Shown in pieces: positions 32,539 to 42,396 of a stretch of 64,000 nucleotides of DNA. This DNA is from an uncultured Gemmatimonadales bacterium (GTDB lineage Bacteria > Gemmatimonadota > Gemmatimonadetes > Gemmatimonadales > GWC2-71-9). The translations under genes and the position numbers were made by a program. The stretch is from NCBI GenBank assembly GCA_963795085.1, contig CAWCFX010000001.1, forward strand, positions 576,001 to 640,000, read 5' to 3'. Under the pieces are notes generated by a model. It saw only the letters and a program-made list of their open reading frames with translations, did no database searches and had not been told where the DNA came from. Every line of letters begins with the position of its first letter. The first letter of the stretch is position 1.

Positions 32539-33534
32539 ATGCCATTCTCAGCTATCCGCTGGGGCCTCTGCTGCCAGTTCCTCGACGCCCCCATCCGGTT
32601 CCGCACTGCCACCCACCGGTACGTGTCCGGCCTGTCCAGGGGCAAAGCCCGGACCTACCTGCGCCAGATCGCCCGGGACAACGCGGTGGCCCTGGCCGAG
32701 GCGGTCGAGCACTGCCATGCCCACGGCATCGGCGCCTTCCGGATCAACAGCCAGGTCCTGCCCCTGGCCACCCACCCCGTCTCGGGATACCGGCTGGAGC
32801 AGATTGACCCGAAGGGCGAGATCCACGCCCTCTTCCAGGCGGCCGGGGAGCGGGCCCGCGCGCTGGACATCCGGCTCAGTTTTCACCCCGACCAGTTCGT
32901 CGTGCTCAACTCGGTGAACCCCGGCGTGGTGACGGCGTCCCAGCGGGAGATCGAGCACCAGGCGGGGGTCGCCCGGCTGGTGGGGGCGGATACCATCGTG
33001 GTGCACGGCGGCGGCGCCGTCGGGGGAGTGGAGGCGGCCGTGGCCCGGCTGGGCCGGGGCATCGAGGGCCTGAGCGGGGAGGCCCGCGCGCTGCTCGCCC
33101 TGGAAAACGACGACCGGAGCTTCGGCCCGGCGGACCTCGCCCCGCTCTGCCTCAGCATGGGGATCCGCTTCGTGTACGACGTGCACCACCACCGGTGCCT
33201 GCCCGACGCCATGACCGTGTCCGACGCCACCAGCCTGCTGCGGGCCAGCTGGGGCGCCCGCGAACCGTATGCCCACATCTCCTCGCCCCGGGACGGATGG
33301 GCGGGCAGCAACCCGCGGGCCCACGCCCTCCGGGTGGACCCCGCCGACGTTCCCGCCGAATGGGCCGGGCTCCGGATGACGGTGGATGTCGAGGCCAAGG
33401 AAAAGGACCGGGCGGTGCTGGCCCTGATCCGGCATGCCGCTACCGCGTCGAAGCCTCGATCGCCTCGATCCCCGCGAGCACCGCGCCCGGAAGCGCGGTC
33501 TTCCGCCCCGCCGCGTAGTCGAACGACACGATGA
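32539..33534 (+). CDS. uvsE: UV DNA damage endonuclease
   Basis: RLSFHPDQFVVLNS, LENDD, YDVHHH, HISSP, VEAKEK. Confidence 0.92.
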   Translation: MPFSAIRWGLCCQFLDAPIRFRTATHRYVSGLSRGKARTYLRQIARDNAVALAEAVEHCHAHGIGAFRINSQVLPLATHPVSGYRLEQIDPKGEIHALFQAAGERARALDIRLSFHPDQFVVLNSVNPGVVTASQREIEHQAGVARLVGADTIVVHGGGAVGGVEAAVARLGRGIEGLSGEARALLALENDDRSFGPADLAPLCLSMGIRFVYDVHHHRCLPDAMTVSDATSLLRASWGAREPYAHISSPRDGWAGSNPRAHALRVDPADVPAEWAGLRMTVDVEAKEKDRAVLALIRHAATASKPRSPRSPRAPRPEARSSAPPRSRTTR

Positions 33535-33880
33535 TCCCGCTGCCCTCGGCGACCACCACCTCGCGGGTCAGCGAGACGATGGTGTAGGCCATGGTGAACC
33601 GGTCCAGGGCGACGTCGCGTGCCGAGGCGCCGATCTGCACCGTGTCGGGGAAGTAGAGCGGCTGGCGGAAGCGGGCCGAGGTGGAGTGCAGGATGGCCCC
33701 GATCCGCTGCTTCTCGTGGGTCTCCACGAAGCCGCAGCGGACCAGGTACTCCATCCGGGCCGACTCGAAGTAGCGGAAGAAGACGGCGTTGTTGACGTGG
33801 CCGTAGGCGTCCATCTCGCCCCACTGCACCGGCAGCTCGAGGACGATGGGAAAGGCGGCGAGCAGCGGGTGGAAAGGCAT
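33440..33880 (-). CDS. Acyl-CoA thioesterase (4HBT/YbgC-like)
   Basis: VQWGEMDAYGHVNNAVFFRYFESAR. Confidence 0.9.
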   Translation of the reverse strand: MPFHPLLAAFPIVLELPVQWGEMDAYGHVNNAVFFRYFESARMEYLVRCGFVETHEKQRIGAILHSTSARFRQPLYFPDTVQIGASARDVALDRFTMAYTIVSLTREVVVAEGSGIIVSFDYAAGRKTALPGAVLAGIEAIEASTR

Positions 33881-33914
33881 GGGGTCGGTTCGGTGGCAGA
33901 ATGGTCGTCGGGCG

Positions 33915-34105
33915 AAGGCACGAAACAGCCGTACTACAAAGCACTAACAGCCGAACTACAAAGCACGAAAGTACTGATAATGCAGAAAAAGAGTTTCCCT
34001 GCTTTGCTTCTATCTTGTTCTTTGTAGTACCGCGGTTGTTGTTCTTTGTCTTCGTTTTCATTTTCTTTCGTGCTTTGTAGTCCCGCTGTTGCTGTTCTTC
34101 ATGCT
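33915..34105. repeat. Family B-related hairpin repeat
   Basis: ACTACAAAGCACGAAAG vs CTTTCGTGCTTTGTAGT arms. Confidence 0.8.
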
Positions 34106-34657
34106 TTCCCCCGCCGCCTGGAGGGCGCGCTGCACCGTATTCCAGTTCCGCGTCGTCACCGTTTTCCCGTAGGCCTGTTCCAGCGCGGCCATCACGTCCA
34201 GGCTGCTTCCCTTGTCCGAGAGGGTCAGCACCGTCACCACCTCGGCGGGGGAGGCGCGGAGGATCCGGAAGTCCACGCTGGTGGGCACCTCCGGCGGCAT
34301 CCCCTTCCACCGGTCCCGGAGAAAGGTGACGTAGAGCCGGGTGGACGTGGTCACCCGGATCTCCTTGAACGGATCCAGCGCCGCGAGCGCCTCCAGCTCG
34401 GCCAGCCTCCGCAGCACCACGAGAATGGTGATCCCGAAGGCGGTCTCCAGTCCCGCTTCGATCTGTTTCTGCAGGGCGGCCCGGCTCCGCGTCGGGGCCT
34501 GGAACAGCACGTTGCCGCTGGCGAGGAGGGTGCGGACCCGGGTGAACCCCATCTCCTCGAAGGCGTGGCAGAGAATATTCATCCGGATCTGCCGGCCGCC
34601 GACGTTGATGCCGCGGAGGAAGGCGACCCATTGAGTGGGGGGGCGGATGGCTGGCAT
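34058..34657 (-). CDS. DUF1697-family protein
   Basis: AFLRGINVGG, TLLASGNV, TTRNWNTV. Confidence 0.9.
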   Translation of the reverse strand: MPAIRPPTQWVAFLRGINVGGRQIRMNILCHAFEEMGFTRVRTLLASGNVLFQAPTRSRAALQKQIEAGLETAFGITILVVLRRLAELEALAALDPFKEIRVTTSTRLYVTFLRDRWKGMPPEVPTSVDFRILRASPAEVVTVLTLSDKGSSLDVMAALEQAYGKTVTTRNWNTVQRALQAAGESMKNSNSGTTKHERK

Positions 34658-34685
34658 CAATGAATATAGAGAATGTCCGATTGAA

Positions 34686-35564
34686 CTACCCGGGGGCGCG
34701 GGTCTCCCTGCGGCTGTCGTAAACCGACTTGACCGCCGTGGCGCCGAGGATCACCGCGCCGCCGGCGAGGGACCAGGGGCCGGGGGTCTCGCCCAGCACC
34801 AGCCAGCTCCAGACCGGGTTGAAGGCCGGCTCCACCAGCAGCAGGATGGACGCCTCGAAGGCGGAGACGTGGCGGATGGCGGCGGTCACGAACAGGTAGG
34901 CGATCCCGATCTGGAAGACGCCGAGGTAGAGCATCACGGCCCAGTCGGCGGGGGAGCCGCCGGTGAGGGGCAGGGCCATGGGCAGGCAGGCCAGGAAGGC
35001 GACGATGTTGCCGACCACCACCACCGCCTGCGCGCCGCCCGGCCCCGATTCCGGCCGGGTGCTGAGCCAGCGGAACCCCATCATGGTGACGGCGTAGGTC
35101 AGCCCGCTCGCGGCGGCCAGCAGGTTGCCGAGGAAGGGGTTGGGGGCGGTCACCACCGGCGCCTCGGTCCCCACGAAGAAGAGCGAGAACCCGGCCGCCA
35201 CCACCAGCATGAACACCAGGTTCTCCCGGGTCACCCGCTCGCGGAGCAGCAGCGGGCTCAGCAGCAGCACGTAGAGCGGGGCGGTGGACTGGAGAAAGAT
35301 GGTGCTGGCGCTGGTGGTGAGCTTGTTGGCCAGCACGAAGAGCACCAGCGTCGTGGCGTAGGCCGTCCCCACCGCCAGCGTGCGCCAGGTCCAGCCCCGC
35401 CGCGCGTCGGGCAGGAGAAACCAGACCGCCACCGCGGCGATCCCGGAGCGGAGGCAGGACACCTGCCAGCTGGAGAAGGAGGCCCACTTGATCGCCGCCC
35501 CGCCGGTGGAAAAGAGCAGGCCGGCGGCGACCATCTTGAGGCGGGCGGCGGTCTTGGGGTCCAT
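34686..35564 (-). CDS. DMT/EamA-family transporter
   Basis: ~10 TM segments, LQSTAP, LVEP..NPVW..LVLGE. Confidence 0.88.
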   Translation of the reverse strand: MDPKTAARLKMVAAGLLFSTGGAAIKWASFSSWQVSCLRSGIAAVAVWFLLPDARRGWTWRTLAVGTAYATTLVLFVLANKLTTSASTIFLQSTAPLYVLLLSPLLLRERVTRENLVFMLVVAAGFSLFFVGTEAPVVTAPNPFLGNLLAAASGLTYAVTMMGFRWLSTRPESGPGGAQAVVVVGNIVAFLACLPMALPLTGGSPADWAVMLYLGVFQIGIAYLFVTAAIRHVSAFEASILLLVEPAFNPVWSWLVLGETPGPWSLAGGAVILGATAVKSVYDSRRETRAPG

Positions 35565-35599
35565 GGAGGGGGGAAATAGTATCCGGGAAAGGGCATCTC

Positions 35600-36330
35600 C
35601 ACAACCGCGGAACCACAAAGACAAAACACCTTCAACAGCAACAGCCGACACCAAAGCACCTTCAACAGCAACAGCCGATCACCAAAGCACCTTCAAACAG
35701 CAACAGCCGAACACCAAAGCACCTTCAAACAGCAACAGCCGATCACCAAAGCACCTTCAAACAGCAACAGCCGAACACCAAAGCACGAATGACCATAAAA
35801 AAAGAAGAAGAGATGTATTGCAGTCCGGTCGTTCTCGTCCCGAAGGTTTTTTCTTTTTCTTGTTCTTTCGTGCTTTCGTGAGTGGCTGTTGCGGTTGCCG
35901 GGTGTAAGGCTAGCCCCACAACCGCCGATCACGAAAAGCACCTTCAACAGCAACAGCCGAACACCAAAGCACGAAAAACCACAAAAAAAGAAGAAGAGAT
36001 GTGTTGCAGTCCGGCTGTTCTCGTCCCGAAGGTTTTCTTTTGTTCTTGTTCTTTCGTGCTTTCGTGAGTGGCTGTTGCTGTTCCTCCAAGTGTATCGGCA
36101 TTTTGGTGTTCTTGTCCTTTAGTGCTTTCGTGAGTGGCTGTTGCTGTTCCTCCAAGTGTATCGGCATTTTTGGTGTTCTTGTTCTTTAGTGCTTTCGTGA
36201 GTGGCTGTTGCTGTTCCTCCAAGTGTATCGGCATTTGTGGTATTCTTGTTCTTTCATGTTTTTGTGGTTGGCTGTTGCTGTTCGGCCGGGTGTGGCCGGG
36301 AGCCGGTACAGTTTCTCCCTGTTGTTTTCT
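35600..36330. repeat. Nested family B repeat: ~31-bp units, ~186-bp duplication, ~66-bp units
   Basis: CACCAAAGCACCTTCAAACAGCAACAGCCGA x~5; TTCGTGAGTGGCTGTTGCTGTTCCTCCAAGTGTATCGGC x3. Confidence 0.9.
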
Positions 36331-36374
36331 CCTTTGTGGTCCCGAAGGAGGCCGGCCCTGCCCCGGAACCCGCC

Positions 36375-36402
36375 TTGATACTTTGGCTCCACTCGCTACA
36401 AT
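36375..36402 (+). promoter_or_regulatory. Sigma70-like promoter (TTGATA-16-TACAAT), 5 nt before kinase ATG
   Basis: Motif match; no Shine-Dalgarno. Confidence 0.5.
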
Positions 36403-36407
36403 GCGGC

Positions 36408-38828
36408 ATGGTGTTTCTCCTCCCCAGCGCTGAGCCACCCGTACAACCGTCTCCGCCCGCCTGGCAGCTTCCCTACCTGCCCGGCGTCGGGCTGCTCGCC
36501 GTCCTGTACCTGGTCACCGCTCAGCTGGGCATCCTCGTCGCCGTCGCGCACGGGGCGATTTCCTCCGCCTGGCCGCCCGCCGGGGTGGCGCTGGCGGCGC
36601 TCCTGCTGGGCGGCTCCCGGTACTGGCCCGGCATCGCGCTGGGCTCGTTTCTTTTCTCCTGGTCGGGCGGCATCCCCCCGCTCATGGCGGCCGTCATCGC
36701 CGCCGGCAATACCCTCGAACCGTTGGCGGGGGCCTACCTGCTCGGGAGGGTGGCCGGGTTCCGCGTCACCATGGACCGGCTGTCCGACGTCCTGGCGCTG
36801 GTGTTCTTCGGCGCCTGCGTCGCGCCGGTGTTCAGCGCCACCCTGGGGATGGCCGCCCTCCTGCCGCTGGACGGGGATGCGCACCGCCAGCTCACCCTCT
36901 GGGCGGTCTGGTGGTCGGGCGACGCGGTCGGCGTGCTCCTCCTCGCCCCGCTCATCCTCGCCTGGGCGACCGGGACCCGCCCCCGCCTGGCCCGGCGCGA
37001 GATCCTGGAGATGCTCCTGCTCGCCGCCTTCCTGGCCGGCATGGCGGCGGTGCTGTTCCACACCACCTTCAGCTACGTGTACGCCATCTTCCCGGTCGCC
37101 CTCTGGGCCGCTCTCCGCTTCGGGCTCCGGGGCGCCTCGGCGGCCGGCCTGCTGGTGAGCGTCATCGCCATCATCCACACCACCCGCGGACTGGGGCCCT
37201 TCACCGACTCCACCCCCACCAACAACATGTTCCAGCTCTGGACCTTCATGGTCCTGCTGGTGGTGACCTCGCTCATCGTCGCGGCGGTGGTCAGCGAGCG
37301 GCGGCGCATCGAGCGGGCCATGGAGCATGCCGGCCGCCTGGCGCGGGAGGTCCTCGAGTTCGCCCCCGTGGGCATCTACCGCACGGCGCTGGACAGCAAG
37401 ATCCTCTTTACCAACTCCGCCCTGGCCCGGATCCTGGGATGGAACGTCGCCGACCTGCTGGGCCGCCAGCTCGGCGAGGTCGCCTACGCGAGCCCGGAGG
37501 ACCGGGAGGCGCTGGTCAAGCGCTTTCACGAGGTAGGGGAGGGCCGGGGCCTCGATGTCCGCTGGAAGCGCAAGGACGGCACCCCGATCTACGTGGAAAT
37601 GCACGCCCGGGTCATCCACGATGCCGCCGGCACGGTCATGGGGTACGAGGGGTTCATCTTCGAGACCACCGAGCGCCGCGCCCTGGAGGAGCAGCTGCGC
37701 CAGTCCCAGAAGATCGAGGCCATCGGCCGGCTCGCGGGCGGCGTGGCCCACGACTTCAACAACCTGCTCACCGCCATCTTCGGGTCCAGCGACCTGCTCC
37801 TCGAAGTCACCCCGGAGGACGATGGCCGCCGGGAAGACATCCTGGAGATCCGGAAGGCCGCCGACCGGGCCGCCACCCTCACCCGCCAGCTCCTCGCCTT
37901 CAGCCGCCAGCAGGTGCTGGCCACCCAGGTCATCGACCTGAACGCCGTGGTGCGCGGCATGGAGGGCATGCTCCGCCGGCTGGTGCGGGAGAACATCGAG
38001 TGGCGCACCGTGCTGCCGGCCGGGCTGCCGGCGGTCCGCGCCGATCCCGGCCAGCTCGAGCAGGTCATCATCAACCTGGTGGTGAACGCCGGCGACGCCA
38101 TGCCCCGGGGCGGCAAGCTGGTCGTCGAGACCGCCACCGTGACGCTGGACGAGGCCTACGCCTACGCCCACAGGCCGATCACCCCGGGGCGCTACGTCAT
38201 GCTCGCGGTGAGCGACAACGGGCAGGGCATGGCGCCGGAGGTCCAGGCCCGGATCTTCGAGCCCTTCTTCACCACCAAGCCCAAGGGCGTCGGCACCGGC
38301 CTGGGGCTGGCCATGGTGTACGGCATCGTCAAGCAGAGCCAGGGCTTCATCTGGGTGTACAGCGAGCCGGGCCGGGGCACCACCTTCAAGATCTACCTGC
38401 CCCAGGCCGGCGAGGCGGCCGAGCCGGCCACGCCCCGGTCCCTGCTGCCGGTCGCCCTCCGGGGCACCGAGACCCTGCTGGTGGTCGAGGACGAGCTGTC
38501 GGTCCGCGCGCTGGCCAAGCGGGTGCTGGAGGCCAACGGCTACACCGTCCTGGTGGCCGGCAACGGGGCCCAGGCCCTCGCCGTCGCCCACGAGGTCCGG
38601 GGCCGGATCGACCTGGTGGTCTCCGACGTGATCATGCCCGGCATGGGCGGCCGGGAGCTGGCCGAGCAGCTGATGGCGCTCCGGCCCGGCATCAAGGTGC
38701 TCTTCGTCTCCGGCTACACCGACGACACCATCATGGACCAGGGCGTCCTGATGGCGGGGACCGCGTACCTGCAGAAACCCTTCTCTCCCCACGGCCTGGC
38801 GGCGAAGGTGAGGGAAGTGCTGGGGTGA
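36408..38828 (+). CDS. Hybrid sensor kinase: MASE1-PAS-HisKA-HATPase-REC
   Basis: WPPAGV/GNTLE (MASE1), AHDFNNLL, FEPFFTTK, GTGLGL, DVIMPGM. Confidence 0.93.
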   Translation: MVFLLPSAEPPVQPSPPAWQLPYLPGVGLLAVLYLVTAQLGILVAVAHGAISSAWPPAGVALAALLLGGSRYWPGIALGSFLFSWSGGIPPLMAAVIAAGNTLEPLAGAYLLGRVAGFRVTMDRLSDVLALVFFGACVAPVFSATLGMAALLPLDGDAHRQLTLWAVWWSGDAVGVLLLAPLILAWATGTRPRLARREILEMLLLAAFLAGMAAVLFHTTFSYVYAIFPVALWAALRFGLRGASAAGLLVSVIAIIHTTRGLGPFTDSTPTNNMFQLWTFMVLLVVTSLIVAAVVSERRRIERAMEHAGRLAREVLEFAPVGIYRTALDSKILFTNSALARILGWNVADLLGRQLGEVAYASPEDREALVKRFHEVGEGRGLDVRWKRKDGTPIYVEMHARVIHDAAGTVMGYEGFIFETTERRALEEQLRQSQKIEAIGRLAGGVAHDFNNLLTAIFGSSDLLLEVTPEDDGRREDILEIRKAADRAATLTRQLLAFSRQQVLATQVIDLNAVVRGMEGMLRRLVRENIEWRTVLPAGLPAVRADPGQLEQVIINLVVNAGDAMPRGGKLVVETATVTLDEAYAYAHRPITPGRYVMLAVSDNGQGMAPEVQARIFEPFFTTKPKGVGTGLGLAMVYGIVKQSQGFIWVYSEPGRGTTFKIYLPQAGEAAEPATPRSLLPVALRGTETLLVVEDELSVRALAKRVLEANGYTVLVAGNGAQALAVAHEVRGRIDLVVSDVIMPGMGGRELAEQLMALRPGIKVLFVSGYTDDTIMDQGVLMAGTAYLQKPFSPHGLAAKVREVLG

Positions 38829-38842
38829 GGGCGGAGGGCAGA

Positions 38843-39002
38843 GTACTGAGTGCTGAGTGCTGAGTGCTGAGTGCAGCGTGCGGCGTGCAGCGTGCAGCGT
38901 GCAGCGTGCGGCGTGCAGCGTGAGGCGTGCAGCGTGAGGCGTGCAGCGTGCAGCGTGAGGCGTGCAGCGTGAAGAGTACTCTGAACTCAGCCCTCAGCAC
39001 TC
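38843..39002. repeat. Heptamer repeats (GTGCTGA)n enclosing (GTGCAGC/GTGAGGC)n, closed by inverted CTCAGCAC
   Basis: Direct reading. Confidence 0.92.
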
Positions 39003-39040
39003 ATTTGCTCCCCTGCTGGCTGGCCGATTATCATCCCCCC

Positions 39041-39673
39041 GTGCCTCCCCACCTGATCGAGACCGTCCGCGTCATCGGCGGCGCGACCCCGCTGTGGCCC
39101 CTGCACCTGGCCCGGCTGGGGCGGAGCTGTGCGGCGATCGGGCGGTCGTTTCCCACCCTGGTGCCGCCGTCGGGGGGGCCGGACCGGGTCTGCCGCTACG
39201 AGATCACCGGGGACGGGGTCAAGGTGAGCGAGCGGGACGCCGGTCCCGTCCGGGCGGTGAGGCTGCTGACAGCGAAGTGCCGCCACGCGCCTTATCCTCA
39301 CAAGACCACCGAGCGGGCCTGCTTCACCCAGGCCGGCCTGGAGGCCACCGACGCCCGGATGGACGATGCCATCCTGGTCACCCCGGAGGGCTGGGTGGCG
39401 GAGGGAACCATCTGGAGCCTCTGCTGGTGGGAGATGGGGGTGCTCTGCGCCCCGCCGCTCGGCCTCGGCATCCTGCCCGGCATCGGGCGGGCGCGGGTGG
39501 GCGAGATCCGGCACTACATCTCGGAGCGGCGGGTGACCCGCCGGGCGCTGACGGGGGTCTCGGTCTTCCTGGTCAACGCGGCGCGGGGGGTCGTGGAAGT
39601 CGAGACCTGGGATGGAGATAGAGTGCCCAGGTCGGTCGAGACGGCCCGCCTCGCGGCGCAGTTTTGGGCTTGA
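39041..39673 (+). CDS. Aminotransferase class IV (aminodeoxychorismate lyase-like)
   Basis: ETVR, HLARL, HKTT, EGT, GILPGIGR, VNAARGV. Confidence 0.85.
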   Translation: MPPHLIETVRVIGGATPLWPLHLARLGRSCAAIGRSFPTLVPPSGGPDRVCRYEITGDGVKVSERDAGPVRAVRLLTAKCRHAPYPHKTTERACFTQAGLEATDARMDDAILVTPEGWVAEGTIWSLCWWEMGVLCAPPLGLGILPGIGRARVGEIRHYISERRVTRRALTGVSVFLVNAARGVVEVETWDGDRVPRSVETARLAAQFWA

Positions 39674-39698
39674 TAAAGCCCCGCGCCGTTCTTAGTTT
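39670..39698 (+). promoter_or_regulatory. Putative tRNA-cluster promoter TTGATA-17-TAGTTT
   Basis: Motif and spacing upstream of tRNA-His. Confidence 0.5.
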
Positions 39699-39733
39699 CC
39701 CCCGGCTCGGGATGGGACCCGGGCAGGGCTCGT

Positions 39734-39808
39734 GGTGGTTGTAGCTCAATCGGTTAGAGCGCCGGACTGTGGTTCCGGAGGTTGCGGGTTCGATCCCCGT
39801 CAGCCACC
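39734..39808 (+). tRNA. tRNA-His (GTG), encoded G-1, no CCA
   Basis: Cloverleaf: GTGGTTG/CAGCCAC, CCGGA-CTGTGGT-TCCGG, GGTTCGAT. Confidence 0.95.
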
Positions 39809-39899
39809 CTGCAGGAGGGAGCCAGAGGGCAGGAGGACAAGAGGGCGTGACCGGGTGCGGTCACCCCTTGCCCCCTGTCCCACTGCCCCCCGGCCACCG

Positions 39900-39972
39900 A
39901 GGTCCGTAGCTCAATTGGTAGAGCACCGGTCTCCAAAACCGGGGGTTGCAGGTTCGATTCCTGCCGGGCCTG
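39900..39972 (+). tRNA. tRNA-Trp (CCA)
   Basis: AGGTCCG/CGGGCCT, CCGGT-CTCCAAA-ACCGG, GGTTCGATT. Confidence 0.95.
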
Positions 39973-39976
39973 TTCA

Positions 39977-40122
39977 CAGTGGGCAAGTGGGCAAGTGGGC
40001 AAGTGGGCACAGTGGGACAGTGGGACAGAGGGCAAGTGGGCAAGTGGGACACTGACCACTGACTCCCGGACCCACTGACCCCCTGACTCCCGGACCCACT
40101 GACCCACTGACCCACTGACCCC
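39977..40122. repeat. Octamer hairpin (AGTGGGCA)n / (GACCCACT)n in tRNA spacer
   Basis: Direct reading. Confidence 0.9.
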
Positions 40123-40129
40123 CTTTGCT

Positions 40130-40202
40130 GGCGCTATCGTCTAGGGGACTAGGACGGGGCCCTCTCAAGGCCCAAACACGGGTTCGAATCCCGTTAGCGC
40201 TA
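40130..40202 (+). tRNA. tRNA-Glu (CTC)
   Basis: GGCGCTA/TAGCGCT, GGGCC-CTCTCAA-GGCCC, GGTTCGAAT. Confidence 0.95.
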
Positions 40203-40209
40203 TAGGAGA

Positions 40210-40322
40210 AGAGTACTGAGTGACGAGTACTGAGGTACTGAGTGCTGAGAGAGTTCGGCTGGCCGGATCATGAACTGAGATGGGAACCACTCAGTACTCA
40301 TTTCTCAGTACTCAGTACTGCT
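40210..40322. repeat. Heptamer hairpin (GAGTACT/GTGCTGA vs CTCAGTA) in tRNA spacer
   Basis: Direct reading. Confidence 0.85.
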
Positions 40323-40329
40323 GGTTTTG

Positions 40330-40401
40330 GGCCCCATCGTCTATCGGTTAGGACACCACTCTTTCAAGGTGGGAAGACGGGTTCGATTCCCGTTGGGGCT
40401 A
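40330..40401 (+). tRNA. tRNA-Glu (TTC)
   Basis: GGCCCCA/TGGGGCT, CCACT-CTTTCAA-GGTGG, GGTTCGATT. Confidence 0.95.
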
Positions 40402-40405
40402 TGCA

Positions 40406-40568
40406 AACTGAACGTGCCGCGTGCAGCGTAGCGCGTACAGCGTAACAGCATGTCGGGCCGGATCTTCACTGAAGGGCAGTTACGCTGCACGTTTAACGCT
40501 GCACGTGCGCTGCACGCTGCACGCTGCACGCTGCACGTCGTACGCTGCACGCTGCACGTGTAGTTCAA
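40406..40568. repeat. Heptamer hairpin (GTGCAGC)n / (GCTGCAC)n in tRNA spacer
   Basis: Direct reading. Confidence 0.88.
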
Positions 40569-40570
40569 GA

Positions 40571-40643
40571 GCGCCGCTAGCTCAATTGGCAGAGCAAGTG
40601 ACTCTTAATCACTAGGTTGTAGGTTCGATTCCTACGCGGCGCA
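40571..40643 (+). tRNA. tRNA-Lys (CTT)
   Basis: GCGCCGC/GCGGCGC, AGTGA-CTCTTAA-TCACT, GGTTCGATT. Confidence 0.95.
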
Positions 40644-40653
40644 TGAATGACTT

Positions 40654-40678
40654 ACGGCTCTTTCGGGAGCCGTTTTTC
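40654..40678 (+). terminator. Intrinsic terminator after tRNA-Lys
   Basis: ACGGCTCT-TTCG-GGAGCCGT followed by T tract. Confidence 0.75.
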
Positions 40679-40740
40679 ATTGGAATGTGCGCCAAATGTG
40701 CATCCTGGGACCAGGTGTTGGTCATAAGATTGCTTACGCT

Positions 40741-41516
40741 TCAAGCAAGACGCCCGAGTCGCTTTCTTCGAAAGGCCCCTAGCGCTACCAATCCCGTGCA
40801 GATCAGTGTCGTCGTCGCCGGCTCCGGTGTTACCACGACGTCGGTATGGCTCGTGACCGGGCGGACATCGCTACTCGTGTTCGGACTTCCGCAGCGCGCA
40901 AAATGCTCCTCCTCCAAGCTGATGCCATTCGAAATCCACACCGAAGCCCAGTTCCGACATCGTTATCCGGCTGGTCGGTCTATGGAAGGAAAAAACAAAT
41001 CTTCCATCGAAGCCCTGACTCGCGCAGGTCTGGATGGCATTCGGGGTCGGGCCACCGAGGTCGTAGTCATAGGGAAACGGCCCTGGGTCGCAGCCAAAGA
41101 ATCCGACTGGTTCGACGGGGGCATAGAAGAGAGTCTCAGCCCACGCGCCGTCATACCAGTTGGAATGCCAGCCACTGGGAGCTTGCCCCGATGACGTTTC
41201 ACGTTCCCCTTCATGCCGGCCGAGAGGAGCACGACCCCGGAATCTGCAGCGACCAAACCAGTTAAAGTCGGGGTCTTGATGGAAGAGGAACATCCCCCCG
41301 ATCGAGCTGCCCCCGGTGTTGTCCAAGGGGTTCACGCCCTGAGTGTTGGCGATGGTCATGACGATACGGGTGCCGGTCGAAATCCGGACGACCCGAAGCG
41401 AGACGCTGGCGCATGCGTGGAACGCACCCGGAGTGCAGACGTCCCACTGTCTTGAGGAAGCGGCGGCAGATGAGAGTGAGACCGAGGAGTGGGAGAACGA
41501 AAAGGGCGCGTCGCAT
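40741..41516 (-). pseudogene. Frameshifted PEP-CTERM-sorted surface protein
   Basis: Signal peptide MRRALFVLPLLGL, body in another frame, VTPEPAT-TM-RRKR tail in a third. Confidence 0.7.
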
Positions 41517-41921
41517 ATGGAGAGTCCGTCAAAGGATCCACATCCTTACATTGTGGAGTGGGACTCCGCTAGAGTGTGCGTGGGTACACCCCGGGGTGTG
41601 CGTCGGCGACACACTGAGGTCTATCCTGCGCCTCCCCTGGCCTCATCTGATTTAACGGTGTGGAATCCTCGCAACACCCCTACCCCCCACATAACCGGAG
41701 ATTGGGCTCCGTGAGAGTCCTGGCAACGGGAAGGCAGCGCCGTTAGAGGCGTTCTGGCGCTGACCTCGAAGAAGCGACCAGGCTAACTCGTCGGGCTCAA
41801 GAGGGCGGATCTCCGGCAATAAGCTGCGATTGCTCCGGCAGTCGTCCCGGTTCCTGGCGGCAAGTGGCTGCTTGTCGCAGCTAAAAGACGAAGCGCCGTC
41901 GCGTCGTGACGCTCCCCGGAG

Positions 41922-42300
41922 ATGACGGTCAAGGCGCTCAAGCGCCAGCGGGCCGACCAGGCGCAGGCCCGGCTCCTCCTCGGAGCGGAGTACAACGCCG
42001 AGTTGGACCTAATCTTTGCGACCCATACCGGGGAACCGCTCGACTGGCAGAACATCGCCCATCAGTACTTCCGGCCGATCCTCCGCAAGGCCAAGCTGCC
42101 GATCATCCGCCCCTATGACCTGCGGCACACTGCCGCCACGATCCTCCTCGCAGCCGGGGAACACCCTAAAGATCGTTGCCGAGCGTCTGGGCCATTCGAC
42201 CACCACCCTAACGATGGACACTTACAGCCACGTCCTCCCAGACATGCAGGATGGGGCGGCGACGAGGCTGGGCTCGTTGCTTGCAGTGAGCAACATTTAG
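41922..42300 (+). pseudogene. C-terminal remnant of phage/ICE-type tyrosine integrase, frameshift near 42170
   Basis: YDLRHTAAT, (P)KIVAERLGH, TMDTYSHVLP. Confidence 0.88.
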
Positions 42301-42396
42301 AGTATCCCCGGTGATCAGCACAGCTGAGGGGAGGGCCGCAAGCGGGCTTTACTGCGGCCCTTTTACGCTCCCATGCGTTGATCCGGCGAGGCGAGA

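Noticed and set aside
35600..36330. Possible CRISPR array
   Set aside because: Units are adjacent or separated by near-identical sequence; no unique spacers and no cas genes in the window
41922..42300. Integrase remnant as the array's IntI
   Set aside because: Motifs (HPKIVAERLGH, TMDTYSHV) are phage/ICE-type, not IntI-type (DIRTVQELLGH); it lies inside the tRNA island and is broken
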